Shown: piece after piece, positions 37,722-51,841 of the stretch
How positions within the stretch are numbered: the stretch's first letter is position 1
Layout of the letters: every line of letters begins with the position of its first letter
NCBI RefSeq assembly: GCF_964204865.1
Contig: NC_135261.1
Span: forward strand, 10,602,001-10,666,000
Length of the DNA: 64,000 bases
Direction: 5' to 3'
Source: Styela clava
Lineage: Eukaryota
Notes under the pieces: generated by a model
What the model saw: only the letters and a program-made list of their open reading frames with translations
Database searches by the model: none
Told to the model about the DNA's origin: nothing
Made by a program: the position numbers and the translations under genes

Positions 37722-39957
37722 GATCGTCTTTATTCAGGTTGTTGAACAACGACTTGTCGAATCCCTGTTGTGCGCTTGTATATATGGGATTTCTTCCCTC
37801 TCTTCAAAATCCAAGTACCAGCTCCTTTATGTTTTAATGTTACTTTAGTGAGCTCTTATCTCGACCACAATGATTGAAATTGTCAGAAGCGCAACAAATG
37901 TTTACCTCGAATCGCTATGCCGTAGTTATAACAGAAAGTTCAGTTTATTTCATTTAAATCTTCCATCATTGTGCATTTAGTAAAAAGGTAATTGTTAATT
38001 AATCTTTTTATTGTGAAGTACATTATTTTTCAACTAATAAGATACCACTTCGACATAGCTATTCACTTCATCAGTACGCATTGTTTATATAAATATAACT
38101 TCAGGGTTGAAGATAGTTAGTCAATAGCTATTACATCCAATTGAACAGCATTACTAAAAAAATAGAAGTTTTTCAACAACACTCTATTTTTATTATTCAC
38201 TCTTTGGTATACGCATACAATTGTTTTAACAGCAAAATGTACGACTTTTGAATCATAGATTGATTGACGTTCTCATGCTTGACAGCGTCAATCAATCAGA
38301 AAAATTTCCTGATCATATAAGCATTAACAATGTATCTGGAATAGCCATAATGAATGAACACTGTAATATGAGTTATTCGGACATGGATTGTGCACACGAA
38401 GAATATTTCACTCGTTGTCAGTGGTATTGGAGTTGGGAATTATCTTTTCACCTCCAAAATGATAAATCGGAAATTGGTGTAGAATACTCCAATTAATTTA
38501 AAAATGAATTTTATGTTCTGTTTAATTGCTGGCATTTAAACATGTATATATCTAACGCCAACGACAACCTCTAAATGAAAAGATAACGATTGTATTAATA
38601 TCGGGATCGACACAAAACAGGATTATACAGAACTCGACGACGTTCGTCGACAACACCAATAAAGTCGAAATATCCAGTTTCATAACGTTTCGTCATAGGT
38701 CTCAAAGTCGAAAATTTTATTTCCGAATTCGGAATTCTCAAAACATTTGAATCCTACTTCAATATGATAAAGTTGGAAAGTACTAAATATTTTTAGTGTA
38801 TTTCCATCATATTCAAAGCAAAAACACAAAATGTTGAGTTATAAATTATATTTTTAATCAAGAGCTGTCATATCCGTATAAATAATATCACAAATAAACC
38901 ATTTGTTTTTGACGAAGCACTTATATCCTTATGTTAGAACAAGCAGTTTATTTTGAATATTCGTATGCAAGTAAAACGTTGATGTTTCGATAGATTGATT
39001 GACGTTGTCATTCTCCGAGAATACTGAATCCCAAAAGAATATTTCAACTACTTACCTAGCATCTAGTGGACAGTTTCATATCGGGCGCTTTTAAATATAT
39101 GGACTTCAAGATATTTTTTTGTAATTCGAGACAAATTTCCAAACATCATCAATATTTCCCGGATTCTCCTCATGCATAAATATTTCTATTTCTGAAAATA
39201 TTCAATATGCTAATGTGCAGCTCGACTTTTGACGCGCGTCAAATATTGTTTGACAACGTCAATCAAACTAAACATGTCATTGTTTAGATAATAGATGCTC
39301 AAAAATTGTAAGCAAAACAATGTTTGTGATTACACCCTGTAGGAAGTGGATAATTGAGAACCGAAGATCAGCCATCATCAGAATTTGTTAAAACTCGTCA
39401 GTTGTCAAATATCATATTAATTAAAAGGCTATATCATGATATTAGTTCATGAAATGGTTTATTTTTACTGCCTGATAACCGGTAACCAAGACTGAAACAA
39501 GCAAATTAAATTCAGAGGAAACCCTACAGACGACGATCAATCTGTTGGGGTAGCTTTGCTCGTACTGGAGAGCCTGCTGATGGGTTAGAAAACTCTCTTG
39601 GAGATTTTCCTGACTGGTAACAGTATTCGTCACCATCAATGACAAAGCGGTATCTCGAAAGTATCCTCGAAACAATTTTCAGGGGATGAATCATGATTTT
39701 GATCAAGGTGAACTTATGATGAATAATTTGCCAATAATTAAATCATGAATTGAAATACATATTTATAACTGAACGTATTTGCAATCGTAGAGGTAGAAAT
39801 TAATAACATACATATATTCAATTTAGAAAAAAAAAAGGTTATGACCAACATGTCCTCATAATATCCTGAGCATCATTTTTTTTATCGTCACTTTTCAATT
39901 CCCCAAGTTTTACGTTAACTTAAAATAACCAAATCGGTCTGACTTTAGCACATTGTG

Positions 39958-42957
39958 GGGGAAAGGCAGGTTAGTTGATGCTGTAGTTTAGATGATACAG
40001 CGCTTCTCACGGCCGTGCAATGCACTTTAAGAAACTAATGCGCCACCTGGTGTTTGGCTAGAATATGATCTTCCTTTCTGTTAGTCGTCTGACGATGTTG
40101 GTTGCAGCACGTGTAAAATTTTCGAAAAAAATCAATTTTTGAGATCTGGAGTGAAAACGTCAAATCAAGGTAAATTGATTATTTTTTCAGGCATTATAAA
40201 TGAGCGATGCAAGCGAGTATTTCCTTGCAGTAGTGTATGATATCGCTTACATAACAGCCTACATGTTTCTGGGTACTGATTTGATTTCTTCCCACTACGG
40301 GCCTTTTTTTCAAAATGGCCACAGGTTGACTAGTTGATACAATCGTGGTTCCATTAGTTGATACGTGTATCGACTAACCCTGTTATTTATTCCATGTATT
40401 TTTTTAGCATATTTTTCAGCAAATATATTTTCAGACTTTCTTTTAACCGGCTTTTATGGTTTGCAGCATTGTCAATATTTTTACGCTGCCAATATTGTTT
40501 TCAACGTATTTTAGGTGATGCCTCAGTTCTATAGAAGAAAAACAAACAGAGCCATAAGAACTCCCCCGGATGTGATGTCGAGGGCGGCTGACGATGTTGT
40601 TCGCGGGCGATCATTGAGGAGTGTAGCTGAAGCATTTGGCATCGATAAAATGACTTTGTCTCGTTTTATAGCCAAGCGCAAAAATAATCCTAACGCAATT
40701 ACAGGTTACGCTGCTGTTGCTCATGCACATTATGTTATTCCTCAGCAAATGGAAGAAGATCTGGGAAATCATGTCAAACGATTGGCCGACATGTTTTTTG
40801 GACTCTCTCTTGAAACAGTGTTGTAAACTAGCTTATGAATTTACATTTCAAAACAAGCTGTATATGCCATTGTCTTGGAAAATCAACAAAAAAGCGGGAA
40901 AAGCTTGGTGGCTAGGGTTCAAAAAACGACAAAATCTTTCCATACGGACTCCAGAGGCAACTTCACTCGGAAGGGCGACTGCATTTAATCGTCACACGGT
41001 TGGTGAATTTTTCGACAACTTAGCACAGGTCATGGATGTGGACGATTTTCACCCTGAAGATATTTACAATCTCGATGAAACCGGGTGCACCACTGTTCAA
41101 ACCCCATCTGATATTGTTACAGCCAAGGGTAAAAAACAAGTGGGTGCAGCTACGTCTGCTGAGCGTGGTGAACTGGTTACGGTAGTCTACACCATCTGCG
41201 CCTCTGGTAATGTGCTTCCACCTATGTTTATATTTCCGCGCGTAAACTTCCACAACCACTTTATCATTGAAGGGCCACCGGGCTGCATTGGACAAGCAAC
41301 AAAGTCTGGCTGGATTAATGAAGAACTTTTTCTCGTTTATCTAGAACATCTGGTGCGCCAGACTCGTTGTACTCCCGAAAGAAAAATTCTTTTGATTTTG
41401 GATAACCACGAGTCTCATATTTCTTTACGTGCTGTTGAGATGGCAAGATCCAATGGAGTAGTTATGCTTACTTTACCACCTCACACATCTCATCGATTGC
41501 AACCGCTTGATAAAACGGTGTATGGTCCTTTCAAAGCCAGTTATAACAGAGCGATGGAGAGTTGGCTACGTAGTCATGCTGGGAAAACTGTTACAATATA
41601 TGATGTTCCTGGCATTGTAAAAGAGGCTCAAATGTCAGCAATGACATCGAGGAATATTCTATCTGGATTTCAAAGCACTGGGATATACCCTTTCAATCGC
41701 GATATTTTCACTGATGCAGATTTTGCAGCTGCAACTTTGACGGACCGAGAAGTCGTTGGCGTTGATCGTAATGAACCAGGACAGTCCTCAAAATGCACGG
41801 ATCCACTGACCCCAGGCTGTAGTACTGAAAATCGTTGCACTCCTAAACCGAGGGTTGATGAATCAGCGTTTCAGTTACAGAAAACGGGCAACCCAGATCC
41901 CGACTTATCAAATTCTTGCTCGTCGTACGTATCGCCAAGCGAGATCCAAAAAATCCCAAAAGCTCCACAAAGAAAGACCAAGCGCTCCCGAAAAAAAGGA
42001 AAGACAAAGATTTTACCATCCACGCCTGTATTAAAAGAGATTTCCCTAGAGAATGAAAAAAGAAAGAAAAACAAGATATGCAGTTCGAGAAAAAAACTTT
42101 TCGCTACAAAAAATAGGAAAGTTCGCCCCCACAATACTAGCAATAGTTCAGAAGAGGAGTGTGCTGTTGTTAGATATGATGATACGACTGATGAAGATGA
42201 ATTATCTGCAGAAGAAATTATGGAAGGTGATTACGTGGTTGTCAAAGTTGACGGGAGATCTAGAAATGTACATTACATCGCTCGTATAGATTTGCTGGAA
42301 GATAATGAGTATGAGGGAGTTTTTCTAAAGAAAGTTTCTAGTCGAGTTTCTGTCGAAGGAGAGCACACTGGTTTTGTATTTGTTCCAAATGAAGATGATG
42401 GGGCTTCATTCTCGCATGAGGACATAATATGCAGACTACCTCAGCCAACAATTCTTGCAGGATCAGCTCGGAGATGTGTTCGACTTAAATTTGATTGCGA
42501 TTTGAGTAAATGGAATGTAAATTAGAGGTTGTCTACCACCATCCAGCAAACCATTTCGTTAAATGAGTTATTTGTTCTTTTTTATTTTTTTTGCCGCCGT
42601 TTCTGGTGAAACTTTCTCTCTCGTTCTTTTGAAACAAGTTATAAGTGATATTTGTGCCTCGTTCCATTTCATTTTTGGAGTAATTGCCTGCTTTTAAAAA
42701 CTTTATGCAGAGTGTATCAACAAAACTACCACTGCGCATCAAGTAACCTTACCAGGCAGGATATTTGATACGTTTGACAAGAAAACTTTAGCGACTGTAA
42801 GCGCTAAGTTAGGAAATGACTGAGAGCCCCATTTTGTGGTCATATGTGAGGGACCTATAAATGAATAAATAGGACAAACCAGAACGGCGATTATTCGAAC
42901 GGTATTTTTTATGGATCAGTAAAACTAAATTATGTATCAACTTACCTGCCTCTCCCC
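39958..42957 (+). mobile_element. Second copy of the pogo DD35D transposon, co-duplicated with its unit
   Basis: Same insertion site, same TG left flank and same TIRs; the translated ORFs are identical to the U4 element. Confidence 0.95.
40518..42525 (+). pseudogene. pogo transposase copy 2 with the same frameshift
   Basis: ORFs 40515-40826 and 40717-42525 are identical to those in U4. Confidence 0.9.
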
Positions 42958-45900
42958 TACAGTTATACTATCAACTGCCGAGCAGGATAATGGTGTTTAG
43001 CACAACACCATCGTCGGCAATATATTGTGTGCAGGCATGCATCTTTCAAAAATCCCATATTTTATTTCACCAACGACCAAAATTTGATGAAAAATCCGAT
43101 TTGTTAAAAAATCATCTAAATTAAGAAATGAAGACCTAAAATTGAACATTTCATATGACATTGAATTATTTTGCACAAATCCTGGAATAACATAATATAA
43201 ATATGTACGATTCATAACATGCATTAAGTGGGAAAACTGTTCTAATCATAAAATATTAAATAGCTGATCCCACCTTTGGGGGTAGCCCACAGAATTTCTC
43301 TATTATTTCTCCTTTTTTTTAAGGGCTGATCCAAAGATGTCTAACTTGATTATCCGTTCATGTTGTAGTTTACAGGTGGCAAGAGTTATAGCTTGCATAT
43401 TCTAAAATCGTTTAAATCTTCTAAACCATTTCATGATTTTTTTACACGAAGTAACAACAAACCATGACTGGGAAAGTCTGCGAATCAAAGCTCCGGAAGG
43501 GTGAAATTGAGGGAAGGGTACGAGCAGGATATATGTGACTTGTGGGAAGGTATAGGATTCTGTATGGATTCAATACTGTTACCGACAACAACAGATACCG
43601 TAGTTGATGTAGAACGGATCCACCGATTCACCGAACGGATTCGGACAGGCCGAACGGATTCACCGATTTTCACAACGAGTAATGCAAGATCAGACTCTCA
43701 ACATTCATTTATTTTTATTTTTTCCTGCCTGCTTTCACTTTTATGGTTGAACTTGAATGTCCAGGAAGAATAACTTATTATATTGATAACTGATAATAAT
43801 ACGTCTTTTGGCTTAAATATATAATTTAATTACCTCATTAATTAATTACCTTTTCTTTAATGTACTTTATTTCAGCTATCTGAGAATCACTCTACAATAC
43901 ATGAACTAACAACCTCTATTGACTTGAATAAAATACACGCAGTCAATACATCTTGCTATATGAAATCCTATTTCATAAATATATATACCAAATAGGCTAT
44001 GATGGATGCTTACCTGCCCTTTCACCCCAATTAATTCATTTATATATTTTACCATATTTCCATGCATATTTTGAGGTTGTTTTTTCGAGTTGCGCCTAAA
44101 AGTGGTTTGCGTGTTTAAAACTATAATTTCACATGACATTTAACGGTATTAATTCCGAATGTCAACCCAGGTAGATCCAAATTTTAACTTCGTTCCATGA
44201 CTCCAATATTAGGAAATCGTTGCGTCTTCAAAAAGTTTGGGTTACTACTGTTTGACGAATAAAGTTGAATAAAATCCAGAAAAACACATTTAGTGTTACA
44301 ACAACGTACAATGTTTTTGAAATTTGTTCCGGAGAATACAAGCAAACGAACAGTAACCCCAACACCTGTTTTGCATAGTCGTTCCCGAAGTTGGCGATTA
44401 ATCATCAGTGGCTTTAAAAAACTATAATGACGTCATATTGGATATAACGCATTGAGCCAAATAAAAAAATACCGTTGTACTTAAGTTTTCAATTTGTAAA
44501 CTGAATTCATTAAGATCGGATGCCCTTGATTCTTCTGATTATATTCTCCAAGTTTTTGTTACTCTAAGTTTAGGTAATGTTTCCTAATTATCAATAAAAT
44601 ACCAGTCTTTCGAAACAGGAATGTACTAGAGCAGGGGTCAGCCTACGGCCCGCGGGCCAGATCCTGTCCGCGGAGTAAAATAATCCAGCACGCGATTCTT
44701 TACTGAATTATAGAAATCGGCTGTTTTGATGATTATATTCTTTACGTAACAGAATTTATTTTAAGTCACGTGTAGACTAATTTATACTATAACCTAACAA
44801 GTAAATAAGTAGGCTACTCGTTTATTAATTATAATTAGACAAATGGCAACAAACCGCAGAATAGTTTATGCTAAGTGCAAAGGGTTCAATGGCGCAGAAA
44901 ATATTTAAATGAATTTTATTGAGATGAAGAAATAAATTTATATTTCTTTTTAAGAAATGTATCTTTGCTTGATTTTTATAAAAAAGTATCTTCTTGAAAG
45001 AAAACCTTACCCCAATTTGAGTGACAAATCATGCGAATAACTTTCTATCGATGTTTGGAAGTACATATGTACGCGAACAATTATTTCAGAAAACGAACAT
45101 TACAAAGAACAAGCTGAGAATTCGGATTAGTGATGCCCATTTATAAAATGTTTTTATCTTGGCTTCATTCAGTGTCCCATTCAGAAAACGTTTCCCATTC
45201 AGTGACGTTGAAAACGTATTAAGCGGGTTGCAACAAAAAGTGTCACATTAAATGTCATTTGTAATTTTTCTTCTCAAGTAAAACGATTAAGTTGAGTTCA
45301 CGAGTTGACGCAGTCTTCGCACGCTGCTTAAATCCTAAAATGTCAACATCTGATCTGATCAAAAAATTGCGATTAATCGGCCATACCTTCGGTTTTTAAC
45401 TTTCAAAAAATAAGTGTCACCCAACAAGACTCGCAACCTTTAGTTTTGGTCCACGAGCGACAAAAGGTTGCCGACATCATAAAGTTTTCTTATATGGTGC
45501 ACAAATATCACCAGTATGTTATTAAGATATACTAATTGTGGAATTTGGCAATAATATGATTGTTCTGAGACATTCTTTTTAATATAATTCCATTTCTCAT
45601 CCAACATTTGTCATTTCTGAACCTAACAATTTGACCTGTATTTCCCATTTTGATTTCTTGTGCATCGCTCAGAGTTTCATCTCAAGTTATCAATTTTTAG
45701 AAGTACAATTTCAATGAGAAGTTTGAAAGTATCGGTTGTGCTTTAATAGGGATTTGGGAAATAAATTTTCGGCACAACAGCTTTTTCTACTATTTGCACC
45801 CTGGCGTTACCGGGTCGCAAATAAAGGGGGTTACAAGGAGTATGAAGCATGCATGTTGAAAAATAAAGCGCCTTGTGCTTTGCGAAGTATGTAACTGATG

Positions 45901-46139
45901 TTATTGCGTGATACAATTTTACATGTAAATGTATAGATATAGTGTTCAATCCACACGTACTTTCAAATCCCGGTCACCAAAGATGCCTCTAACCACATTA
46001 TAACACTTCTATTTGCATTTGCTTAGAATTTATTGTCAATATCAGCAGATGGTAAAGGCAATTGGCATAAATTCATCAGCCTAATCTAAAACTAAGATAT
46101 TTCCATGGTCGTTTGTCGTTCGGTTGATGTCGGCGGTGT

Positions 46140-48788
46140 TTATATACATCTGACATATCTGAAGCATCCGTCATACTTGACAATGCGGTAGGATTTGTAC
46201 GTGCTGAAATAGGATTATGTTAAACAGGAAAAACTCTGATTCAATTCAATTACAAAACTAACTAAGACTTACCAGAATTGCTTGTAAGCAAAGCAATAAG
46301 AAGAAGACGTGGGCAACACGCATCGATAATTATAGGTGATCTTAAGTTCTCGAAGTTGCACACAGTATGTACATTTGAATCCACAAGCATAATGCTCCTT
46401 CAGATCACTGAGATGTTTCCCCCAGTCTTGTTCAATCTTGGTCACTATGTCGGTGTGTTCTTTCTTCGTTTTCTCTTCGTAGGCGTTGTACAATTTTTGA
46501 GCTTCGTTGCCGAGTGGTTTGCCCATATAAAATTCAAGCAGTTTCAAATACTGTTCCGTTCTGAGTTGGGCAATCTAAACATTTTTGCAAGAATTATATA
46601 AATATAAATACATATTTTAAACAAAATGTCACGCTGTCAACCTTTTCCAATCTCTCTGTAATGCATTTCAGTCTTCTTTCAAACCGTTCCGATAAGCACT
46701 TTACATAGCTTTCGATCTTTGTCTTTCTGGTAGATAGGCATGTTGCATATTGTGCAACATATTTGGCAATTCGCTCATTGAGCCTTTGCTCGTGGCAACC
46801 AATCATGTCAGTGTATGCCTTGGAAGCGCGAGAAAGGCGCTCCCCAAGCTTTTTTTCATACTCTGCAATCGCTTTTTTCTTTTGTTCGTCCAATGATTTC
46901 TGATATTCTTCTAGGGAAGTCAAGTTATCTGCTGTGATGCAATTGTTTCTGGAAATATAAAGAGCAACTGAGCCAAATGTCATCTTATGATATACTTATT
47001 CACCGTGACACTTACTGTACTAAGTAATTTGCTTTATAATACGTTATCAAACATTTGTGTCTCTCATCAACAATCTTTTTGAAAGACTCCAATGCCTTCT
47101 GATTAGTTATTTTTGCTTGCGCATACCAATCATCATATGTTTTCTTCATGGATTCAATTATTGTCTTAGCTTTATTATCAAGGTCTTCTTTGAATTTTTG
47201 TTCGGTGATATTAACTTCATCTTAAGTGTAATAAAAACATTAAATTCAGTGAAACATAAAGACAATTGAGCAAACGTTTTAGGACTTGCACTAACCGGTT
47301 ACACATTTTTTCAGCTCCTTGTATTTGATTGTCCTGTATTGAAATTTGTAGGTCAAGAAACGGAAGCAACTTCTTTGGGTAGTAATTTTGTACGTCCACC
47401 ATTTCCCGATACTTCGACTATAAAGAAAAAACCAAGAGTAGAATTATATTGATATATACTATTTACCTGCCATTTATTTATAATTACCAATTGGTGTAAA
47501 ATTGACTTCTGCCAAAACAGAGAGTTCCGCCGTATGCGCACTGATAAGCGCATGCGTAGCTTTTTACAAGTTCTCCGATAGCTGCAGTTAGCTTCGCGGT
47601 GTATTCGTCCAACTGTGTTTGATATGATAAAGTTTCTTTAGTTTTGAAAGCCTCCAAAACTGCATTAACGTCTGCTCCGTTCCAATCCTCAGAACCTAAA
47701 TGTAAAGTTCCATTATGAATAAAAGTATGTGCAAAATTCGAAAGAATAGAAAAAACTTACAATGGGCTCTGTATATGAGTTTTTGGAACACTTCAGATCT
47801 TTGTTTTACGATGGCTTCCATGACACATTTATATTTTGTCTCATACTCTGTCACGCGCTTTTCGAGAGCTTTTTTGTATTCTTCTATTTTAGCTAAACGA
47901 GTGTTGAAGCATGTAACAGACCTGAAATAAGAAAGGTTCGAATTTTTTGTTCTCTTGTAAACGAACTTTTGAACTTACAGTAACACACCTCTCGACAAGT
48001 TTTTTGTGATATTCCTGCACACAAGCGAATCTTTTCTGCATGTCATCGTTATAATTTTTTTTTGCTTCTTCCAACAATGAATCTAGTTTTGTATTATAAT
48101 TTTCAATAGCCTTCTTGTTGGTCTCCTTCATTTCTTCTGACTCTTCCTGCAATCCCGTAATTCTAAAAATTCACGATGTTAGTAATTTGAGTAAGAAAAG
48201 AATACGTAAGAAAGAATTGTAAGAAGAAATACAAACTTCAAATACTGCTTTGCATATTCCTCGATAGCGTCTTCGTGCTTTGTCTTTGCCTCGGTATTTT
48301 GATTTGTTGCAGTTTCAACCCAATCCCCCTTTTTTTGTTGCATATCAAGATATATTTTATCGGCCACTTCTTTCAATTGTTTTTTAACTTCAGTTTCAAA
48401 AACGGCCACCGTCATCTCTATAATACAAAAAATCATGCCTCAAAATGTGTGTTTCTCAAATTATTCAGAAAAACATACAATTCAGAATTACCTTCGAATC
48501 CATCCTCTGTGCATTTCTCTCCTGGATAGCTCTTCAGAACATTAGAGTAATATTTCGTTGTGAACCAAGCAGGACAGTAGTAGCTTCGGAAACTGTAGCA
48601 TCCGTAATTGATTCGGTAAAATTGTCCGACATTGTAAGTAACATATCCACAATGACTCGGTTGGTATAGAGCGGCATTGGCAACCTGTAAACATTATAAT
48701 TTAGGCAAAATTGATAAAAAGAAACGAAGGGCACTATTTATCAAATACTTACGGCCAAACAGCCTAGAAGTAACAATAAAATCTTCAT
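46140..48788 (-). CDS. Secreted 650-aa protein, copy 5
   Basis: Same exon structure, offset 11067 from copy 4; no disabling change seen. Confidence 0.85.
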
Positions 48789-50582
48789 GATCGTCTTTAT
48801 TCAGGTTGTTGAACAACGACTTGTCGAATCCCTGTTGTGCGCTTGTATATATGGGATTTCTTCCCTCTCTTCAAAATCCAAGTACCAGCTCCTTTATGTT
48901 TTAATGTTAATTTAGTGAGCTCTTATCTCGACCACAATGATTGAAATTGTCAGAAGCGCAACAAATGTTTACCTCGAATCGCTATGCCGTAGTTATAACA
49001 GAAAGTTCAGTTTATTTCATTTAAATCTTCCATCATTGTGCATTTAGTAAAAAGGTAATTGTTAATTAATCTTTTTATTGTGAAGTACATTATTTTTCAA
49101 CTAATAAGATACCACTTCGACATAGCTATTCACTTCATCAGTACGCATTGTTTATATAAATATAACTTCAGGGTTGAAGATAGTTAGTCAATAGCTATTA
49201 CATCCAATTGAACAGCATTACTAAAAAAATAGAAGTTTTTCAACAACACTCTATTTTTATTATTCACTCTTTGGTATACGCATACAATTGTTTTAACAGC
49301 AAAATGTACGACTTTTGAATCATAGATTGATTGACGTTCTCATGCTTGACAGCGTCAATCAATCAGAAAAATTTCCTGATCATATAAGCATTAACAATGT
49401 ATCTGGAATAGCCATAATGAATGAACACTGTAATATGAGTTATTCGGACATGGATTGTGCACACGAAGAATATTTCACTCGTTGTCAGTGGTATTGGAGT
49501 TGGGAATTATCTTTTCACCTCCAAAATGATAAATCGGAAATTGGTGTAGAATACTCCAATTAATTTAAAAATGAATTTTATGTTCTGTTTAATTGCTGGC
49601 ATTTAAACATATATATATATAACGCCAACGACAACCTCTAAATGAAAAGATAACGATTGTATTAATATCGGGATCGACACAAAACAGGATTATACAGAAC
49701 TCGACGACGTTCGTCGACAACACCAATAAAGTCGAAATATCCAGTTTCATAACGTTTCGTCATAGGTCTCAAAGTCGAAAATTTTATTTCCGAATTCGGA
49801 ATTCTCAAAACATTTGAATCCTACTTCAATATGATAAAGTTGGAAAGTACTAAATATTTTTAGTGTATTTCCATCATATTCAAAGCAAAAACACAAAATG
49901 TTGAGTTATAAATTATATTTTTAATCAAGAGCTGTCATATCCGTATAAATAATATCACAAATAAACCATTTGTTTTTGACGAAGCACTTATATCCTTATG
50001 TTAGAACAAGCAGTTTATTTTGTATATTCGTATGCAAGTAAAACGTTGATGTTTCGATAGATTGATTGACGTTGTCATTCTCCGAGAATACTGAATCCCA
50101 AAAGAATATTTCAACTACTTACCTAGCATCTAGTGGACAGTTTCATATCGGGCGCCTTTAAATATATGGACTTCAAGATATTTTTTTGTAATTCGAGACA
50201 AATTTCCAAACATCATCAATATTTCCCGGATTCTCCTCATGCATAAATATTTCTATTTCTGAAAATATTCAATATGCTAATGTGCAGCTCGACTTTTGAC
50301 GCGCGTCAAATATTGTTTGACAACGTCAATCAAACAAAACATGTCATTGTTTAGATAATAGATGCTCAAAAATTGTAAGCAAAACAATGTTTGTGATTAC
50401 ACCCTGTAGGAAGTGGATAATTGAGAACCGAAGATCAGCCATCATCAGAATTTGTTAAAACTCGTCAGTTGTCAAATATCATATTAATTAAAAGGCTATA
50501 TCATGATATTAGTTCATGAAATGGTTTATTTTTACTGCCTAATAACCGGTAACCAAGACTGAAACAAGCAAATTAAATTCAG

Positions 50583-51841
50583 AGGAAACCCTACAGACGA
50601 CGATCCATCTGTTGGGGTAGCTTTGCTCGTACTGGAGAGCCTGCTGATGGGTTAGAAAACTCTCTTGGAGATTTTCCTGACTGGTAACAGTATTCGTCAC
50701 CATCAATGACAAAGCGGTATCTCGAAAGTATCCTCGAAACAATTTTCAGGGGATGAATCATGATTTTGATTAAGGTGAACTTATGAAGAATAATTTGCCA
50801 ATAATTAAATCATGAATTGAAATACATATTTATAACTGAACGTATTTGCAATCGTAGAGGTAGAAATTAATAACATACATATATTCAATTTAGAAAAAAA
50901 AAGGTTATGACCAACATGTCCTCATAATATCCTGAGCATCATTTTTTTTATCGTCACTTTTCAATTCCCCAAGTTTTACGTTAACTTAAAATAACCAAAT
51001 CGGTCTGACTTTAGCACATTGTAGGTACAGTTATACTATCAACTGCCGAGCAGGATAATGGTGTTTAGCGCAACACCATCGTCGGCAATATATTGTGTGC
51101 AGGCATGCATCTTTCAAAAATCCCATATTTTATTTCACCAAAGACCAAAATTTGATGAAAAATCCGATTTGTTAAAAAATCATCTAAATTAAGAAATGAA
51201 GACCTAAAATTGAACATTTCATATGACATTGAATTATTTTGCACAAATCCTGGAATAACATAATATAAATATGTACGATTCATAACATGCATTAAGTGGG
51301 AAAACTGTTCTAATCATAAAATATTAAATAGCTGATCCCACCTTTGGGGGTAGCCCACAGAATTTCTCTATTATTTCTCCTTTTTTTTAAGGGCTGATCC
51401 AAAGATGTCTAACTTGATTATCCGTTCATGTTGTAGTTTACAGGTGGCAAGAGTTATAGCTTGCATATTCTAAAATCGTTTAAATCTTCTAAACCATTTC
51501 ATGATTTTTTTACACGAAGTAACAACAAACCATGACTGGGAAAGTCTGCGAATCAAAGCTCCGGAAGGGTGAAATTGAGGGAAGGGTACGAGCAGGATAT
51601 ATGTGACTTGTGGGAAGGTATAGGATTCTGTATGGATTCAATACTGTTACCGACAACAACAGATACCGTAGTTGATGTAGAACGGATCCACCGATTCACC
51701 GAACGGATTCGGACAGGCCGAACGGATTCACCGATTTTCACAACGAGTAATGCAAGATCAGACTCTCAACATTCATTTATTTTTATTTTTTCCTGCCTGC
51801 TTTCACTTTTATGGTTGAACTTGAATGTCCAGGAAGAATAA
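50583..51841 (+). pseudogene. Decayed esterase exons 10-11 (U6)
   Basis: Same lesions; excision footprint in the intron. Confidence 0.9.
51022..51027. other. Transposon excision footprint TA-GG-TA
   Basis: U6 reads cacattgTAGGTAcagtt against the empty cacattgTAcagtt: a duplicated TA plus the two terminal Gs of the element. Confidence 0.88.

Larger units (their letters stand above)
39516..43773 (+). pseudogene. Decayed esterase exons 10-11 (U5), intron interrupted by the pogo element
   Basis: Same lesions; insertion at 39958-42957. Confidence 0.88.
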
